A DNA stretch of 64,000 nucleotides. It comes from Carcharhinus amblyrhynchos. Lineage: Eukaryota. The DNA lies in assembly GCA_965287045.1 (NCBI GenBank), contig OZ336894.1, positions 14,942,001-15,006,000 on the forward strand, written 5' to 3'. The position numbers and the translations under genes are program-made. How positions within the stretch are numbered: the stretch's first letter is position 1; each line of letters starts with the position of its first letter. The notes below the pieces were generated by a model. That model made no database searches. It was not told where the DNA came from and worked only from the letters and a program-made list of their open reading frames with translations. Positions 49,385 to 62,737 of this stretch are shown here, one piece after another.

Positions 49385-51722
49385 TTCATGGGAGGCGAGT
49401 GTTATTGTCCATTTCTAATTGTCTTTGGGAAGCTGGTGGTGAAACATTCCCTGCTGCAGTTCATCTGCCGTAAGGGAGGATGTTCCAGGATTTTGACCCA
49501 GCGACAGCAATATAATTCCAAGTCAGGATGCTGTGTGGGGCTCGGAGGGTACCTTGCCAGTGTGGTGTTCCTTGCATCTGCTGTCTTTGTTCTTGATGGC
49601 CGAGGTTGAGGATTTGGAACACACTGCTGTCAATCTGGACAAGTGGTGGAGAGAATAAACATTTAGAGTGGATGATGGGTTGCCGTCAAGCAGGCTACTT
49701 TGTCCTGGATGGTGTTGAGCTTGTGTTGTTGAAGTTGCACTTATTGAGGCAAGTGGAGAATATTCCATCACACTCCTAATGTTCCTTGCAGGTGGTGGAC
49801 AGACTTTGTGGAATAGGAAATAAGTTAGTTGTTGGAGAATTCCTGGCCTCTGACCTGCTGTTCTGGCCACATTATTTACATGGCTAGTCCAGTTCAGTTC
49901 CTGATGAAAGGAAACTCCCCAGGATGTTGATGGTGGGAGAATCAATGTTGGTAATGCCGTTGAATGTTGAGGGGAGATGACTGGAATCTCTGCTGTTGGA
50001 TTTGGTCATTGTTTGACCCCTATGTGGCACAGATACTGCTTATCAGCCTTAGCCTGAACGTTGCCCAGATCTTGTTGCGCAAGGACACGGACTGCTTCAA
50101 TACCTGAGTAATTGTAGATGGATCTGAATACTGCAATATTTGCTTCTGACAATGTTGGAGCGAAGTAATTGAAGAGCAGCTGAAGGTGATTAAACCTAGT
50201 CCTGAGGAACTATTGCAGCAATGTTATATGACTCGGATCATATTGTAGAATCCTTACAGTGCAGAAGGAGACCATTCAGTCCATCAAGTCTGCATCGACT
50301 CTCCAACAGAGCACCTTACTCCGGACCAATCGCTGTAACCTCTCATATTTATCCCACTAATTCTCCTAATCTATGCATTTTGGGACATAAGGGACAATTT
50401 AGCAGCACCAATCCATCATTGACTTACAATTTTAAAAAAAGCATCACCATTTACCTCCTTGTCAATTATGAAATCCAATTGGTGGGGAGTATTACTCCTG
50501 GTTACCATTGACTTCATCTTTGCTAGAGCTTCTTGATGCCACACTCAGTTAAATGCTGCGTTGATGCTGAGGACATGTCACTTGCCTCTGGAATTGAGCT
50601 CTTTTGCTCATGTTTGGACCAAGGCTGTAATAGGATCCAGAACCAAGGAGCTCTGGTGGAACCCAAACTGAGCACTGATAAGCAGGTTGTTACTAAGTAA
50701 GTGCTGTTGATGCATTCCATCATTTGTCTGATAATTGAGAGTTGGGATGATAATTGCCTGGATTGGATTTGTCGTCCTTTTAGTGGACAGGACATGACTG
50801 GGCATTTTTTTGCATTGATAGTCTTGTAGCTGTACTGGAGCAGGTTGGCTGGAGATCAGCTGGTCCTGGAGCAGAAATCTCCATTAGTAAGCTGGGAAGT
50901 TATAAGAACCCATAGCTGTTGCTATAGCCAGTTCCTTCAGCTGTTCCATGACATCACGTGGAAAGAATTGAATTGGCTTAAGATTAGCCTCTTTTGATGC
51001 AGGGGACCTCAGTGGGAGGCTGAAATGAATCACTTGACACTTCTGACTGAATATGGTTGCAAGTGCATCAAGCCTTGTCTTTTGCACTTCGTCTGGGACC
51101 ACCTATCATTGAGGATGGGGATGTTTTTTATTGTTAATTGTTTAATTGGATCTCCAGTTTAGAACTACTAGGTTTGTTTTGAATCAGTCTCCCTCACACA
51201 GTGGTAGTACAAAACAGCACTCTGAAGGGGATCCCTATGTGAAGCTGGGGTTTTGTTTCCACAAGGACTACGCAATGGTCAATCCTACCAATACCGTCAA
51301 GGGCAGGTACATCTGTGATCGGTGGATGAAAATAAAATGTGAGTAGGAATAGACACCTAACCCCTCAAACCTACTCTGCCATTCAGTATGATCATTGCTA
51401 ACTGTCTGTCTGCCCACCATACCCCTTTTCTTCCCTGAGATTGATGAGGATGTGATCATGTGGGTTATTTTTTGTTGTTCTCTCACTACTTGCTTCAGGC
51501 CCAGATATGTCCCTCAGGACTCAGCCAGTTGAGTGAGCGGTAATGTCCCTGAGCCACTCTTGGCCATGGACATTGAAGTCCCACACCAGGAATACATTAT
51601 TTGCCCATTCTACCTGCACTACTGCTTTCAAGTGCTGTTCAACATGGTGAAGCACTGATTCATTGGCTGAGAGTACATTGTAATCAGTAGGAAGTTTCCT
51701 TGACCATGTTTGTACTGATTTC
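49385..51722 (-). mobile_element. CR1-group LINE family B, degraded, with HE1 fragment at ~50245-50415
   Basis: WDFNVHGQEWL (EN), LLISAQFGFHQ, IRSVMEYSPLA and 3' tail at ~49390-49440. Confidence 0.8.
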
Positions 51723-51739
51723 ATTAAATATCCTGCCTA

Positions 51740-52198
51740 GCACCCATGCTAGGCTTAAGAGAAGCCTCTGAAGACTCCGCCTCAAATGGAGATGGAAGCT
51801 TTGGAATCACAGCCCGAGGTCATTGCTGAGGGCAAGTCATCTACAGTGGCACTTTGATATTCATCGAAGAAGAGATGATTGCCTACTCTGTATACCCCCC
51901 TGATCAGACTTACATATGCAAAGGAAAGAAGGCCATGGAACAAAAGACAAAGACAGTCCCGATGACTTAGGAACGAGGGGAAAGCCTCGGACTCGGAGGG
52001 GAAGAAGTGTGATAACTCTTAGGACTTACATGGGGAATCCTTAACTAATCTCACTGTGGGACTTGTGGAATACAGGTTCTCTTGGTAGTAGGTGATTGCC
52101 TACCCAGGTGGAACTCATCTTCTGAGCCCCTGATAAGGTGGATTTCTGAGCAGGTCCAGTGACCTGTCGTCCCAGATGGGACTCATGTATGCACTACA
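51740..52198 (+). mobile_element. Probable Gypsy 3' end: PPT and short LTR (52008-52198)
   Basis: Purine tract GGAGGGGAAGAAG immediately before TGTGATA...ACTACA. Confidence 0.4.
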
Positions 52199-52429
52199 AG
52201 GTTGTGATTTAACTTTTGATTTAAAAATAAAACATTGTTCCTTTCCTGTCAGTTTCCTGAGTTATTACACTTGCAATGCAGCCTTGACTAGTCTTCAAAA
52301 GTGCTTGATTATCTGTAAAGTGCATTGGGTTTAGCCTAATGTCATGAAAGACACAATATCTATTTATTCTTTTAAACTCTGATTCTAGAATTAATAATCC
52401 TGTAGCCACTTTATTAATAAGGATGAAAA

Positions 52430-52690
52430 AAGCAACTTGTATTTATTGCATCTTTTGGTATCCTCAAGACATTTCAAAGTGCTTCACAGCCAGTGTTATG
52501 GTGTCTGTAAGTCAGTTTGTGTGCAAAATTCCACAATGGCAAACAAATAATGACCAGATAATCTGTTAATCTGCCAGAACCTGAGGATAATTTTTGCTTT
52601 TTGAATAGTGCCATGGAACAAACTTAGGCAGGCTGGGACTTCAGTTTTGCAACTCGCCACCTGAAAGACTAGATTGTATTTGCAACTTGT
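52430..52690 (-). mobile_element. Deu-SINE
   Basis: Homologous to 6840-7180 (CAAAGTGCTTCACAGCC, TAATGACCAGATAATCTG, GAATAGTGCCATGG). Confidence 0.65.
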
Positions 52691-52910
52691 CAGCCATTTC
52701 ATTGAAGGAAATTAAAATTGGTTTCTGAACAGGCTGCAGATCTTCAGTGCCAATTTGTGTCTGGACAGCAAGTTAAAAATCTGTCCCTTGACGGGATCTC
52801 TGATGTTGTCCATACCTGTCCTGCTACCTGTGAGAATGGAGAATTTGGTGCTCAGCCAGAACTCCATTCATTGCAACGGTACTGGAGAAACACAGCAGCT
52901 GACAACCTCA

Positions 52911-53540
52911 AATTCAACCTTTTACAATGCCAGCTATCCCACGGCACGCCTCTTTTGAATTGGTCTATCATTGAGGATAGTGTCAAATATTTTCCTAAAG
53001 TTAAGGCTAATGAAACCCCAATACTTATTCCACAATTGACGTAAGACTCTCAGATACGTTTAGCATTTTCTGCTTTTATTCCCAAATTTCTTTCCTACTC
53101 GGTTACCTTAAGCACACTGCCATACAGTTTACAATGTGTATTCTTTTACCTAATTTTCTGACTTTACAGTTGTGTGTTAAGTTTTATTTTCCATCATTCT
53201 GCTTTCAGATCCCTGTGGATTACAGCATATTATTTAGCATTATTGGCCAATTTTGTGCAATATGTAAACTTAGATACTGTAGACGTCACCCTGTTCTCAA
53301 AGTCAGTGTTATTTTTAAATGCAGATTCCTGTGAGACTCCACTGTCAACCAGTTGCTACTGACACTTCCCACGTACCATTATTCAGTGATGCATCAATTC
53401 AACCTTTTACAATGCCAGCTATCCCACGGCACGCCTCTTTTGAATTGGTCTATCATTGAGGATAGTGTCAAATATTTTCCTAAAGTTAAGGCTAATGAAA
53501 CCCCAATACTTATTCCACAATTGACGTAAGACTCTCAGAT
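52911..53540. repeat. Exact 145-bp direct repeat (52911-53055 = 53396-53540)
   Basis: AATTCAACCTTTTACAATGCC...GTAAGACTCTCAGAT is identical in both copies, separated by 340 bp. Confidence 0.95.
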
Positions 53541-53735
53541 TTGTAATTGGAAAATTCAACTCCTGTCCTTTTTTTGAAAGATGGATCTACTTGTATTTTG
53601 ACGTGTATCCCAGAAAAAGGTTACTGTGTGTTATGATTACACATGAAAAGAGTACTCAGATTGTTGCTGTTTAGTTTCCACTGTAATGGAAGGTTTATTT
53701 AAACAATTACTATATATTTTTACTTCTGGTTGAAG

Positions 53736-53880
53736 GTTGATCTTGGACAGCAAAAGGACTTGCAGATCTTTATGACTTTGCTTACAAATATCATTCAATC
53801 TCCCTTTGACTATATTCTCGACAATGTTGTCTACGGTTGCTGATATTAATGGTGTCCCTCATTTAAAACTGGCAGTTTAA
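53736..53880 (+). other. Possible non-coding (5' UTR) exon
   Basis: TTTTTACTTCTGGTTGAAG| acceptor-like and |GTAAGC donor; stops in all three frames. Confidence 0.2.
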
Positions 53881-54897
53881 GTAAGCGGTTCAGTTTCTTC
53901 TTTATTAGAATGAGAAACATCCCTTTGAAGTACTCAAAGACTTTAGATAAAATGTATTCAAGTTATCAAACAGTTTACAGTTTTCAACAACATAAATGTT
54001 CCAAGTCATGCATTCACGTGACTTCCAATTTGTTTCTTATTGCTTACATCAAAATTGTGCAAAGCTTACTGGGTCTTTAGAACTGAATTCTGCAATATAG
54101 CAATTACTAGATATTTGTGATTTCTAAAGCTTCTGTTAGTTGGACTGCACAGCCTGCCAATACTGAATGTGTGTTTGACACTAGTTCACTCTTTCACTTT
54201 TACATTTTGAAGTGGTAAGTCTGTAACCAATTAAAACACTTCATTGGTGTTCCAATTAAAAATAACAAATTTAGCTGAGACAGAGTTTTAATTCCACTTG
54301 CATGGCCGTAATGTGAAGTGGGGAAAAGAAATCTCAGTTTTAGGTTTAATAATATGTTCAGATCTGGGTTCTATAATGTCATGACAACTCCAAATCCATT
54401 TTTAGTTGCAGTAGGTGGGATTGCTTTTAAGGTGGTAATCAAAAGCAGCATTTAAAATTTCATGCAAGCATATGATTCATTGGTATATCCTTATTATAGC
54501 ATTGTTTGGATTTCCACAAAATGCTTGTTCTCTTTTTCAAGAATCAAAGGAGCCAAACTAGATGGGTTTTAAAGAAGGAAGAAGAGCAGCAGCGGACTGT
54601 ACAAACACGACGAGCAACAGTTCCTTACTGTTGGGGAAAATATTTCAGTTTGTTTGAGATACAGAATGGATCTGTTTCCACATTGCATCTGCTTTCACTG
54701 GTCACTTATTCTTCCTTTGTTCCTTTATAAGAAGAATCCTAATACTGTAGGGGTAGAAAGGATGCCAATAATTGATGAGCTACAAAAACTAAAAGAGTAG
54801 AATACCTACATATATTGAAGGAAACTATGGAAGAGATAGCAGAGGTACTTGTTGATAGTCATATCTCATATTTTGCTTAAAAAAAGACATGCCAACT

Positions 54898-55140
54898 AAG
54901 CTTTTTGTCTTGTACCCATCAGGATAGACAAGAATACCAACAGCAAAGGGAATAATCATTTATGCTGTATGAGGTGAGAGTGCTGATTGGTTGGCAGGTG
55001 GACTCTGGTTGCCATGGAGATTGCAATCCGAGTCCATTGCCAACCAATCAGCATTCTCGCTTCATGCAGAATAAACTGTTGTTCTATTTGCCATTGTTAA
55101 TCCTGTGATCTGCCTTGATGAGTGCAGGAAGAAACATTGA
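54898..55140. mobile_element. Palindromic (fold-back) Penelope-like element with hammerhead-like cores on both arms
   Basis: GAGAGTGCTGATTGGTTGGCAGGTGGACTC pairs with GAGTCCATTGCCAACCAATCAGCATTCTC; cores CTGATGGGTACAAGACAAAA (- strand) and TTGATGAGTGCAGGAAGAAA (+ strand). Confidence 0.7.
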
Positions 55141-58100
55141 GGAAGCATGTCTCCTTTTTCTCCCCCCCAGCAATACCCAAGTTTTGTACTATCGAACAAT
55201 TGCCTTTATATTTTATTTAGTCTTAAAGTTAGATGATATTTCCATAGAGGGGATAGCGACAGGGGATTGGCAGACAGGTAGTATTCTGAGATACAAAAAG
55301 GGAGATAACAATGCTTGGAACTGTAGACCAGCCATCTTAGTACCCATAATAGGAAATATTCCGAAAGCTATACAAAGTGATGGAAAAGGATTAAGTGACA
55401 GAAAGTGTAACAAATATTCAGCTTAGATTCTGAATGGTTTGAGTTGTGCTTAAATAAGCTGATATAATTCCTTGAATAGGCAATGATAAAAATGACTACC
55501 TCCTGTCTTTAACAACCTAAAGTGTTTAAAAAAAACAGCATTCTGAGTGTCTTTAAAGATCTCATTTGGACCTCCCACTGGACAGGTTTTAACTACTGGA
55601 ACTTGTGAAATGTTTAAACTGAAAAATATGAAACTCTAGCAAAAGCTTGCTGTGATCAAAAGTTTTAGATGCGTTGTTTTACCAGGCACACCATCATGTG
55701 CCATTGCATTAATGGTTTACAATTGTCCACAAGCTAATCAGTTAAGTCTGAAAAGGTGACTAAAACAAAACTTTTGGAATTGGCAAAAACATTGCAGTTG
55801 ACATTGCCTGTCGCTGTAAGGAAAGGGGAGATAATTATGGTGATAGCTCAGCATTTAAAACGGCTAGAAACACAGTCAAATGAAACAGCTTGAACATGAA
55901 AAAGAATAAAGGCAGCTTGAATTTGAAATAAAGGCAAAAGAGAGGGTAGTGAAAGAAAAATAAAGCATAGCCTGAGCAGAACAAAAAGCAAAAGAAGGGG
56001 AGGCTGTAGCAGCAGAGAATGCCAGAGAAAGCAAGGAACAAAAAACAAAGGAAATTAAACTGATTGAATTACAGGTCAGGGAAAAAGATAGTCCTAGCAA
56101 AACAAAAAGAGAGACAATTTGAACTTTGGAAACTGATAATCGAAAGTGAACATCAGTTAAAATGGGTGGACGTAAAGAGAAAAGTACAGGTTGAGTATAG
56201 TTATGAGGACTGTGAGAAGGAGCAAGAGCTTCCTAGTCAAAGGCTTGAAAGAGATGTATTTAAATATGTCCAGGCATACCAAAGTTTGGTGTGAAGGATG
56301 GAGAAGCCTTTTTCATTTCATTCGAGAAAGTGGCTAAACAGATGAAATGTCCACAGACCATGTGGGTATTACTGACCCAAACAAAGTTGGGAGGTCGAGC
56401 TAGTGAAGTGTTTGCATCACTATCAGAAGAGATATTTGGGAAGTATGATGGGGTGAAGAAATAGATCTTGGATGCATGTGATCCAGTGCCAGGAGCCTCC
56501 AGACAATGGTTTACAAATCTAAGGAAAGAACTTCGTCAAATGTATATGGAATTTGAAAGGATCAAACACAGTCATTTTGATAGATGGATAAGGACTTTGA
56601 AAGTAGACAAGACATATGAAGCTCTTAGAGAAATGATTATTTTGGAGGAGTTAAAAATTATTTTCCTGATGTAATGAGAACTTGTGGAAGAGCAGAGGAT
56701 TAAAATTGCAAGGTTAGCAGCAGAAATGGCAGATGATTATGAATTAATTCATAAATTAAAAGTTGGTTTCTGTTGTCAGTTTCAACCTGTGTGGCATAGA
56801 AACTGAAGAAAAGAGAAATCCTCAGGTGTAAAGGTAAAAGAGATCTTGTGGGAGAAAATAAAGATAATGTACTTCAAGTTAAAAAGGAAATCCAGGAGGG
56901 TGGAAGAGAAATGAAAAGCCTCAGATGTTTTCACTGTAATAAATTAGGCCATGCAAAATCGCAGTGTGGTGGTTTAAGAAAAGCATTGGGAAGACTGATG
57001 TGGTAAAACGGGATAAACCAGTGGGGTTTGTTTAAAATGGTAAAGGAAAGCCCAGATGAAGTGAAAATAATGGACAGCTGATCAGGAGTTGATTGGTAAG
57101 AAGGTGTCAGATCTCTTTAAAGAATTTCCCTGTGTGGGTAAAGTTTACTCTTGTACCAGGAGGAGTAGGAAAGAAGTTAGTATTTTAAGAGATATGGGAG
57201 CATGGTAAGAGATGAGGAGTTATGTAGTCTGGAAGGCGTATTGGCAGAAAACGTGGTAATATGTGATATTCAGGATGAGAAGAGTAGTGTTCCATTATAT
57301 AAGATGAGGTTGGAGAGTCTGATGGAATGGTGAAGTTGTACTAGCAGTAATAGAGAAATTATTTTGTCCAGGAATACAGTTTATCTTGGGTAACAATATA
57401 GTTGGATCACAGGTATTGAGTTATGCTTACTAGTGGTTGAAAAGCCAGTGAAGAATCAAACAACTGAGTTGTTGAAGGACACAATTCCTAGGATTTTTTC
57501 TTACTTTGTTGTAACAAAATCTTAGAGCCACAGGTTAGTACAAGAGGAAAAATCAGAGTGAAGATCAGAAGGTTGAAGTTCAATTATCAGAAACAATTTT
57601 TGATCAGATGTTTGGACAAGAAAGTGGGTAGAATTAGAACAAAAAGAGAAAACCAGCACGCTTAAAACCCATTCCAGCATTTGAGGAACCATATTTACCA
57701 GGGTCTTAGTTGATTGCATAGGACCCCTAAAACAAAATGTGGGAATCAGTATCTTTTGACCATAATGGATGTGTCTAGTAGGTTTCCAGAAGCCATTCCA
57801 TTATGCAATGTTGCAGCTAAAAGGCAGCTAGAGGAGTCACTTCAATCTTTTTACTAGATATCAACTACCCACAGAAATACAATCAAATCAAGGATCAAAT
57901 TTTACATCAAAGTTAGTCAGGGGGGCTATGGATTGCTTCGGAATAAAACAATTTAAATCAACTGCGTACCACCCAGAATTGCAGGAAGCATTAGAACAGC
58001 GGCATTAAACTTTAAAGACAATGTTGAGGGCTTATTGTCAATGTTATTCAGAGGATTGGGATAAAGGAATTCCATTTGTAATTAGGGTTGCACCTAATGA

Positions 58101-59523
58101 GTCAACCAAATTCTGTCCGGTTGAATTGATTTTGGTCATGAGGTAAGAAGACCATTTAAATTGATTAAGTAAATTGGTGATTGAGCGTTCTGAGACTACA
58201 TTGGACTGTGTGTCAAATTTTAGGGAAAGATTGAATGGAGCAGGTGAATTGGCTAGACAGTGTTTAAAAGTGGCACAACATGTGATGAAACAGGAAGCAG
58301 ATAAGAAATCAAAAGTTTGTAGCTTTGCTATTGGGGATAAAGTCTTAGTACTGCTACTGGTGGTAGGTGAACTTCAAAAGCAAAATTTATCAAATTGAAA
58401 GGAAATTGAGTGAGGTGAATTATTTGATAAGTACACCAGATAGAAGGAAAACTGTATCATGTGAATATGCTTAAAAGGGAAGGAGAGCAAAAGGAGGAGG
58501 TTTTAGTGCTCATAATTCAGAGTGAAGAGCCAATGCAGATGTCTCTGGATTTGGTATTCCTCCAATTAAGTTGGATAATGAGGACATTATTGAATATTGG
58601 AATAAATTGTTGAGTTACGTCCCGGAGGAAAATCGACCTGATCTGAAAGACTTAACTTTCTAAAGGTTGGCACAGGTTTGGATGGAAAAGCTGATGCTTA
58701 CTCGGTCTGAGACGCAACAGCCAAAAGTCTCAATCTTTCGTGGAGAAGGAGAACCAGTTAATGGCCAGTAATGTGAACAAAGTGAGCTAGTGTGGAGACA
58801 GTTACAAGTCAAGTTGAATGTTTTGGAACATGTTCCTGAATTGTTCAAATTGGCTGAACACAAAACTGCAGAACTGTCAAAAACAGCTCTTCATCAATGC
58901 AAAGGAAATTGTGGATGAATCAACAGTCGTGTAATTTCAAAAGAGTTTGAGAAGTGGAAGCATCATACTAAGGTGAATCAAAGGAAAGAACAACACCGTG
59001 GAACTGGACTGTTTGCCAAAATTGTACTATCTTCTAAAACAAACTGATTCTGTACAGTGTACAGAGATGTGGATGCCTAGTGAAATCATAATGTACACAG
59101 CTTGCGTTTGAATAAATTATAGTGATCTTTGCAGCAATAACTACCACAGTGTGGAATCATTGTTGAAATGGGTTCTGACACCAAGGAAGACCATTTGCTT
59201 TGTGCCTTTACCAAAGAATGTGCAGAAATTGATGGTGTAGTTCTAGAACACACAAAGGAGGAGGAGCTAAGGCCAATGAGCAAGAAAGGAGGCAGAGATA
59301 AAATGACTTCTCTAAATGGCCCTGATTACACACATTTAATGTGTTATCCTGCTGATCCTGCTTAATTCTGAGGACATTACAATGATAAACTAGCTCAGGT
59401 AATGACAAACCTGAGTTCAGATTTGGAATCATTGCGGGATTAAAGACAGAAGGAGAATTTTGGAGATTGTGGTTTGTCATAAATGTAATAAAAGGAGTGT
59501 TCAGTGGGAGAAGACAAGGACTT

Positions 59524-60645
59524 CCACATAGGAGACTGTTAAATAAGTTAAGTACCCATGGTGTTGAGGGTAAGTTCCTTAGATAGAGGATTGGCTGACC
59601 GGCAGAAGGCAGAGAGTGGGGATAAAGGGGTCTTTCTCAGGATGGCAGCCGGTAACTAGTGGTGTGCCTCGGGTCAGTGCTGTGACCACAACTTTTCACA
59701 ATTTATGTTGACAATTTGGAGGAAGGAACTGAAGGCACTGTTGCTAAGTTTGCAGATGATACAAAGATATGTTGACGGGCAGGTAGAATTGAGGAAGTGG
59801 GGGGGGTGCTGCAGACGGGCTTGGACAGGTTAGGAGAGTGGGCAAAGAAGTGCAGATGGAATACAGTGTGGAGAAGTGTGAGGTTATGCACTTTGCAAGG
59901 AGGAATTGAAGCATAGACTAGCTTCTAAATGGGAAAATGCTTAGGAAATCAGAAACACAAAGTGACTTTGGAGTCCTTGTTCAAGATTCACTAAAGGTCA
60001 ACATGCAGGTTCAGTTGGCAGTTAGGAAGGCAAATGCAATGTTGGCATTCAAATCGAGAGGGCTAGAATACAAGAGTAGGGATGTACATCTGAGGCTGTA
60101 TAAGGCTCTGGACAGACCCCATTTGGCGTGAGCAGTTTTGGGTCCCATATCTAAGGAAGGATGCGCTGGCCTTGGAAAGTGTCCAGAGGAGGTTCACAAG
60201 AATGATCCCTGGAATGAAGAGCTTGTTGTATGAGAAATGATTGAAGATTCTGGGTCTGTACTCTTTGGAGTTTAGAAGGATGAGAGGGGATCTTATTAAA
60301 ATTTACAGGATAGAGTGGACCTGGAGAGGATGTTTCCACTAGTAGGAAAAACTAGAACCAGAGGGCACAACCTCAAGCTAAAGGGACAATCCTTTAAAAC
60401 AGAGATGAGGAGGAATTTCTTCATTCAGACACTGGTGAATCTGTGGAACTCTTTGCTGTAGAAGGCCGTGGAGGTCAGGTCATTGAGTGTCTTTAAGACA
60501 GAGATAAATAGGTTTTTGATAAGGGGATCAGGGGTTATGGGGAAAAGGCAAGAGAATAGGGAAGAAAAAAATCAGCCATGATTGAATGGTGGAGCAGACT
60601 CGATGGGCTGATTGGCCTAATTCTGTTCCTGTGTGTTATGGTCTA
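59524..60645 (+). mobile_element. CR1 LINE nested in the Gypsy element
   Basis: GVPxxSVL, KFADDTK, GLEYKSRDV and tail GGCCTAATTCTGTTCCTGTGTGTTATGGTCT. Confidence 0.9.
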
Positions 60646-60806
60646 ATGGACTGAAATGGACTATGTGACTATTAGGTCTGCATGTTTTGATTTTTGTAAA
60701 ATGTATGTATATTTATTGTAGAGTATTAGTGATGTGAAACTGGAAGGGTTTGAAAAATGAAACCATCTTTGAATGTTGATGGTTCGTTTTTTTCTTAAGG
60801 CGGAGG

Positions 60807-61576
60807 CGTAATGTTAGTGTACCTTTAAGAATTTTTTTTTAAAATCATGATCTTTGGCGATTTCACAGCCTCGGTGTTTCTCATTGCTGCCAAACTGTCC
60901 ACCAGCTGTCCTTTTATTGCTCCTTAAGTGGCTTAAATGGAGGTTTCAGGTACTTTGCGATTAGTTAGGAAAGCTGGTTGACAGGTCAAGTGACAGGAGC
61001 TTTTTCATTTTCAGCTCTGAGCTGCAGGTTAGTTGTGCAGCAAGCCAAATGGAAATGTTTTTCTTTCTCACTTTTTTTTTTGCAAATTCTGCTGGTTATT
61101 TGAAAATAGCCTTTATCTGAAGGGGAGAGTCTGCTGTTGGTGGCTTGACCAGAGTCTACCTGGTGTTCTGGAAAGCTATTCTGACTTCAAACTGTTCTGG
61201 GTGTGTAAAGAGGACTACTAGAACTTACAGAACTTAATTCCACTATCATGTGAGCTTTAGACTTTGCTGTGTTGAACTTGTTTAAAGGTTTTGTTCATGG
61301 ACTTGGTTTGATTGGATCTTAGATATATTTGTTAAGGGTTAAACATTATCGTGGTTGTTTTTTTTTGTTTGTAATTGATAAAAGTTATTACTAATTTTCT
61401 TCCCATATATGTTAACTATATTCCTAAATAAATGTTTTGATAAAAGTCCCTAGTGGGTCATTTTAATCATACCTGAAATGAAACTTATGCTTGTCTTAGT
61501 CAAATTCAAGATGCAAAACTTGTGATGCAGGCAGGCTCCGTAAAACACTTTGGAGTTTCTGACCTGAACCATAACA
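60807..61576 (+). mobile_element. 3' LTR of the Gmr1-like element
   Basis: Follows PPT AAGGCGGAGG; (C/T)GTAATG...CCATAACA ends; AATAAA at ~61427; related copies at 35816 and 28534. Confidence 0.75.
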
Positions 61577-62737
61577 AATAAACCCTGTCATTTCAGCATT
61601 CAAGCATGAAGCATTTGACACAATGGAACTATTCGAACTCCAAGGAACATATTGATTTACTTTGAATTGTTAGAGTTTGATGTTCTTTTTAAATGGAATT
61701 ATGTTTACAGCAGATTTTAGATACAGTAATAATGAATGGCCAAATTTTATTTGCAAAACAAACCTGATTATTTTCAGACCAAAATCAAATTGGGTGCAAA
61801 TGGTATTGATAACTGACCAAGTTAATTACATCTTGAGTTAAGATGTTTATTAACATTAAGATGTTAATAATTACTTTGTAATATTGGTAAATATAAATGG
61901 TTTTCTTAAAATTGCTCAAAGTATATCAGGCTGTTATGTACTTAACTATTCTGCAGGAATATAGATTAAAGCTGCTTGAATAATGTATGCTTTATTTTAA
62001 TACATGTTTTGAACTGGTGAAACTTTTTTCGTGAAATACCACTCTGACTGAAGTAGAGCTAAATGTAGACTAATGGATAGTTGCGAGTATCTACAAGGTA
62101 GTAATCTACTTAACAGATTCAGATGACATCATTCAAAGAGTAAAAACTCAAATTGTTTACAACCCTTGAGTAGGGTGCAGATTTATGATTACTTCCTGGT
62201 TTATTATTTTAGTTCATAATGGATCATTACTCATGGATTCAAAATGAGCTTCATGTTGATGAAAAAGTGACAACTTTTACAGTAAAGCATTGAGAGCTAG
62301 TTAATCAGTTTAAGTTGATTGAGAATGAAATTTGCATTTAGATGCTGGAAAACAACCTGTATACATTGTATTATGCAATACTGTACTTGCACTAAATATT
62401 GCAGTACATGGTATAACTGAAAAGTGTCATGTGTTCAAAAGGATACTGATGTCCTTAAAGCTATGATGGGACACTCTGGAGGATGTGATAAAATGCTATA
62501 TATAAATATAGTGCAAATTCTTTTTAAATTTGATCTCATTCCTTAAAATGGCAACTTTTTTTTGATGCTTATAACAAGAAAGCAACATAGAATTCTGATT
62601 GTTGTCTACAGTGAGATTTAATACATAGTTTAAACTTATTGTTACATTGCTGTTTTTGTTTCCTACACTGTGCTTACCTTCTAAACCATTAGTCTAAACC
62701 TGTAGATAAAAGGTTAAAAAAACAGCCTGGATCTGAG

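Larger units (their letters stand above)
55735..61576 (+). mobile_element. Gmr1-like Gypsy LTR retrotransposon relic (gag-CCHC-PR-IN-[RT mostly deleted]-PPT-3' LTR)
   Basis: Gag EAFFISFEKVAKQMKCP, RCFHCNKLGHAKSQC (~56923), protease ILRDMGA (~57182), integrase VDCIGP..YLLTIMDVSSRFPEAIP..EIQSNQGSNFTS..TAYHPE (57661-58460), RT start RLNFLK/LAQV (~58648). Confidence 0.88.

Noticed and set aside
52718-53044. 108-aa ORF
   Set aside because: Non-ATG start, runs into the duplicated decayed-CR1 segment, and has no recognisable domain.
52911-53540. TRIM/LTR pair or CRISPR-like array
   Set aside because: Only two copies, no TG..CA ends, PBS or PPT, and the context is eukaryotic.
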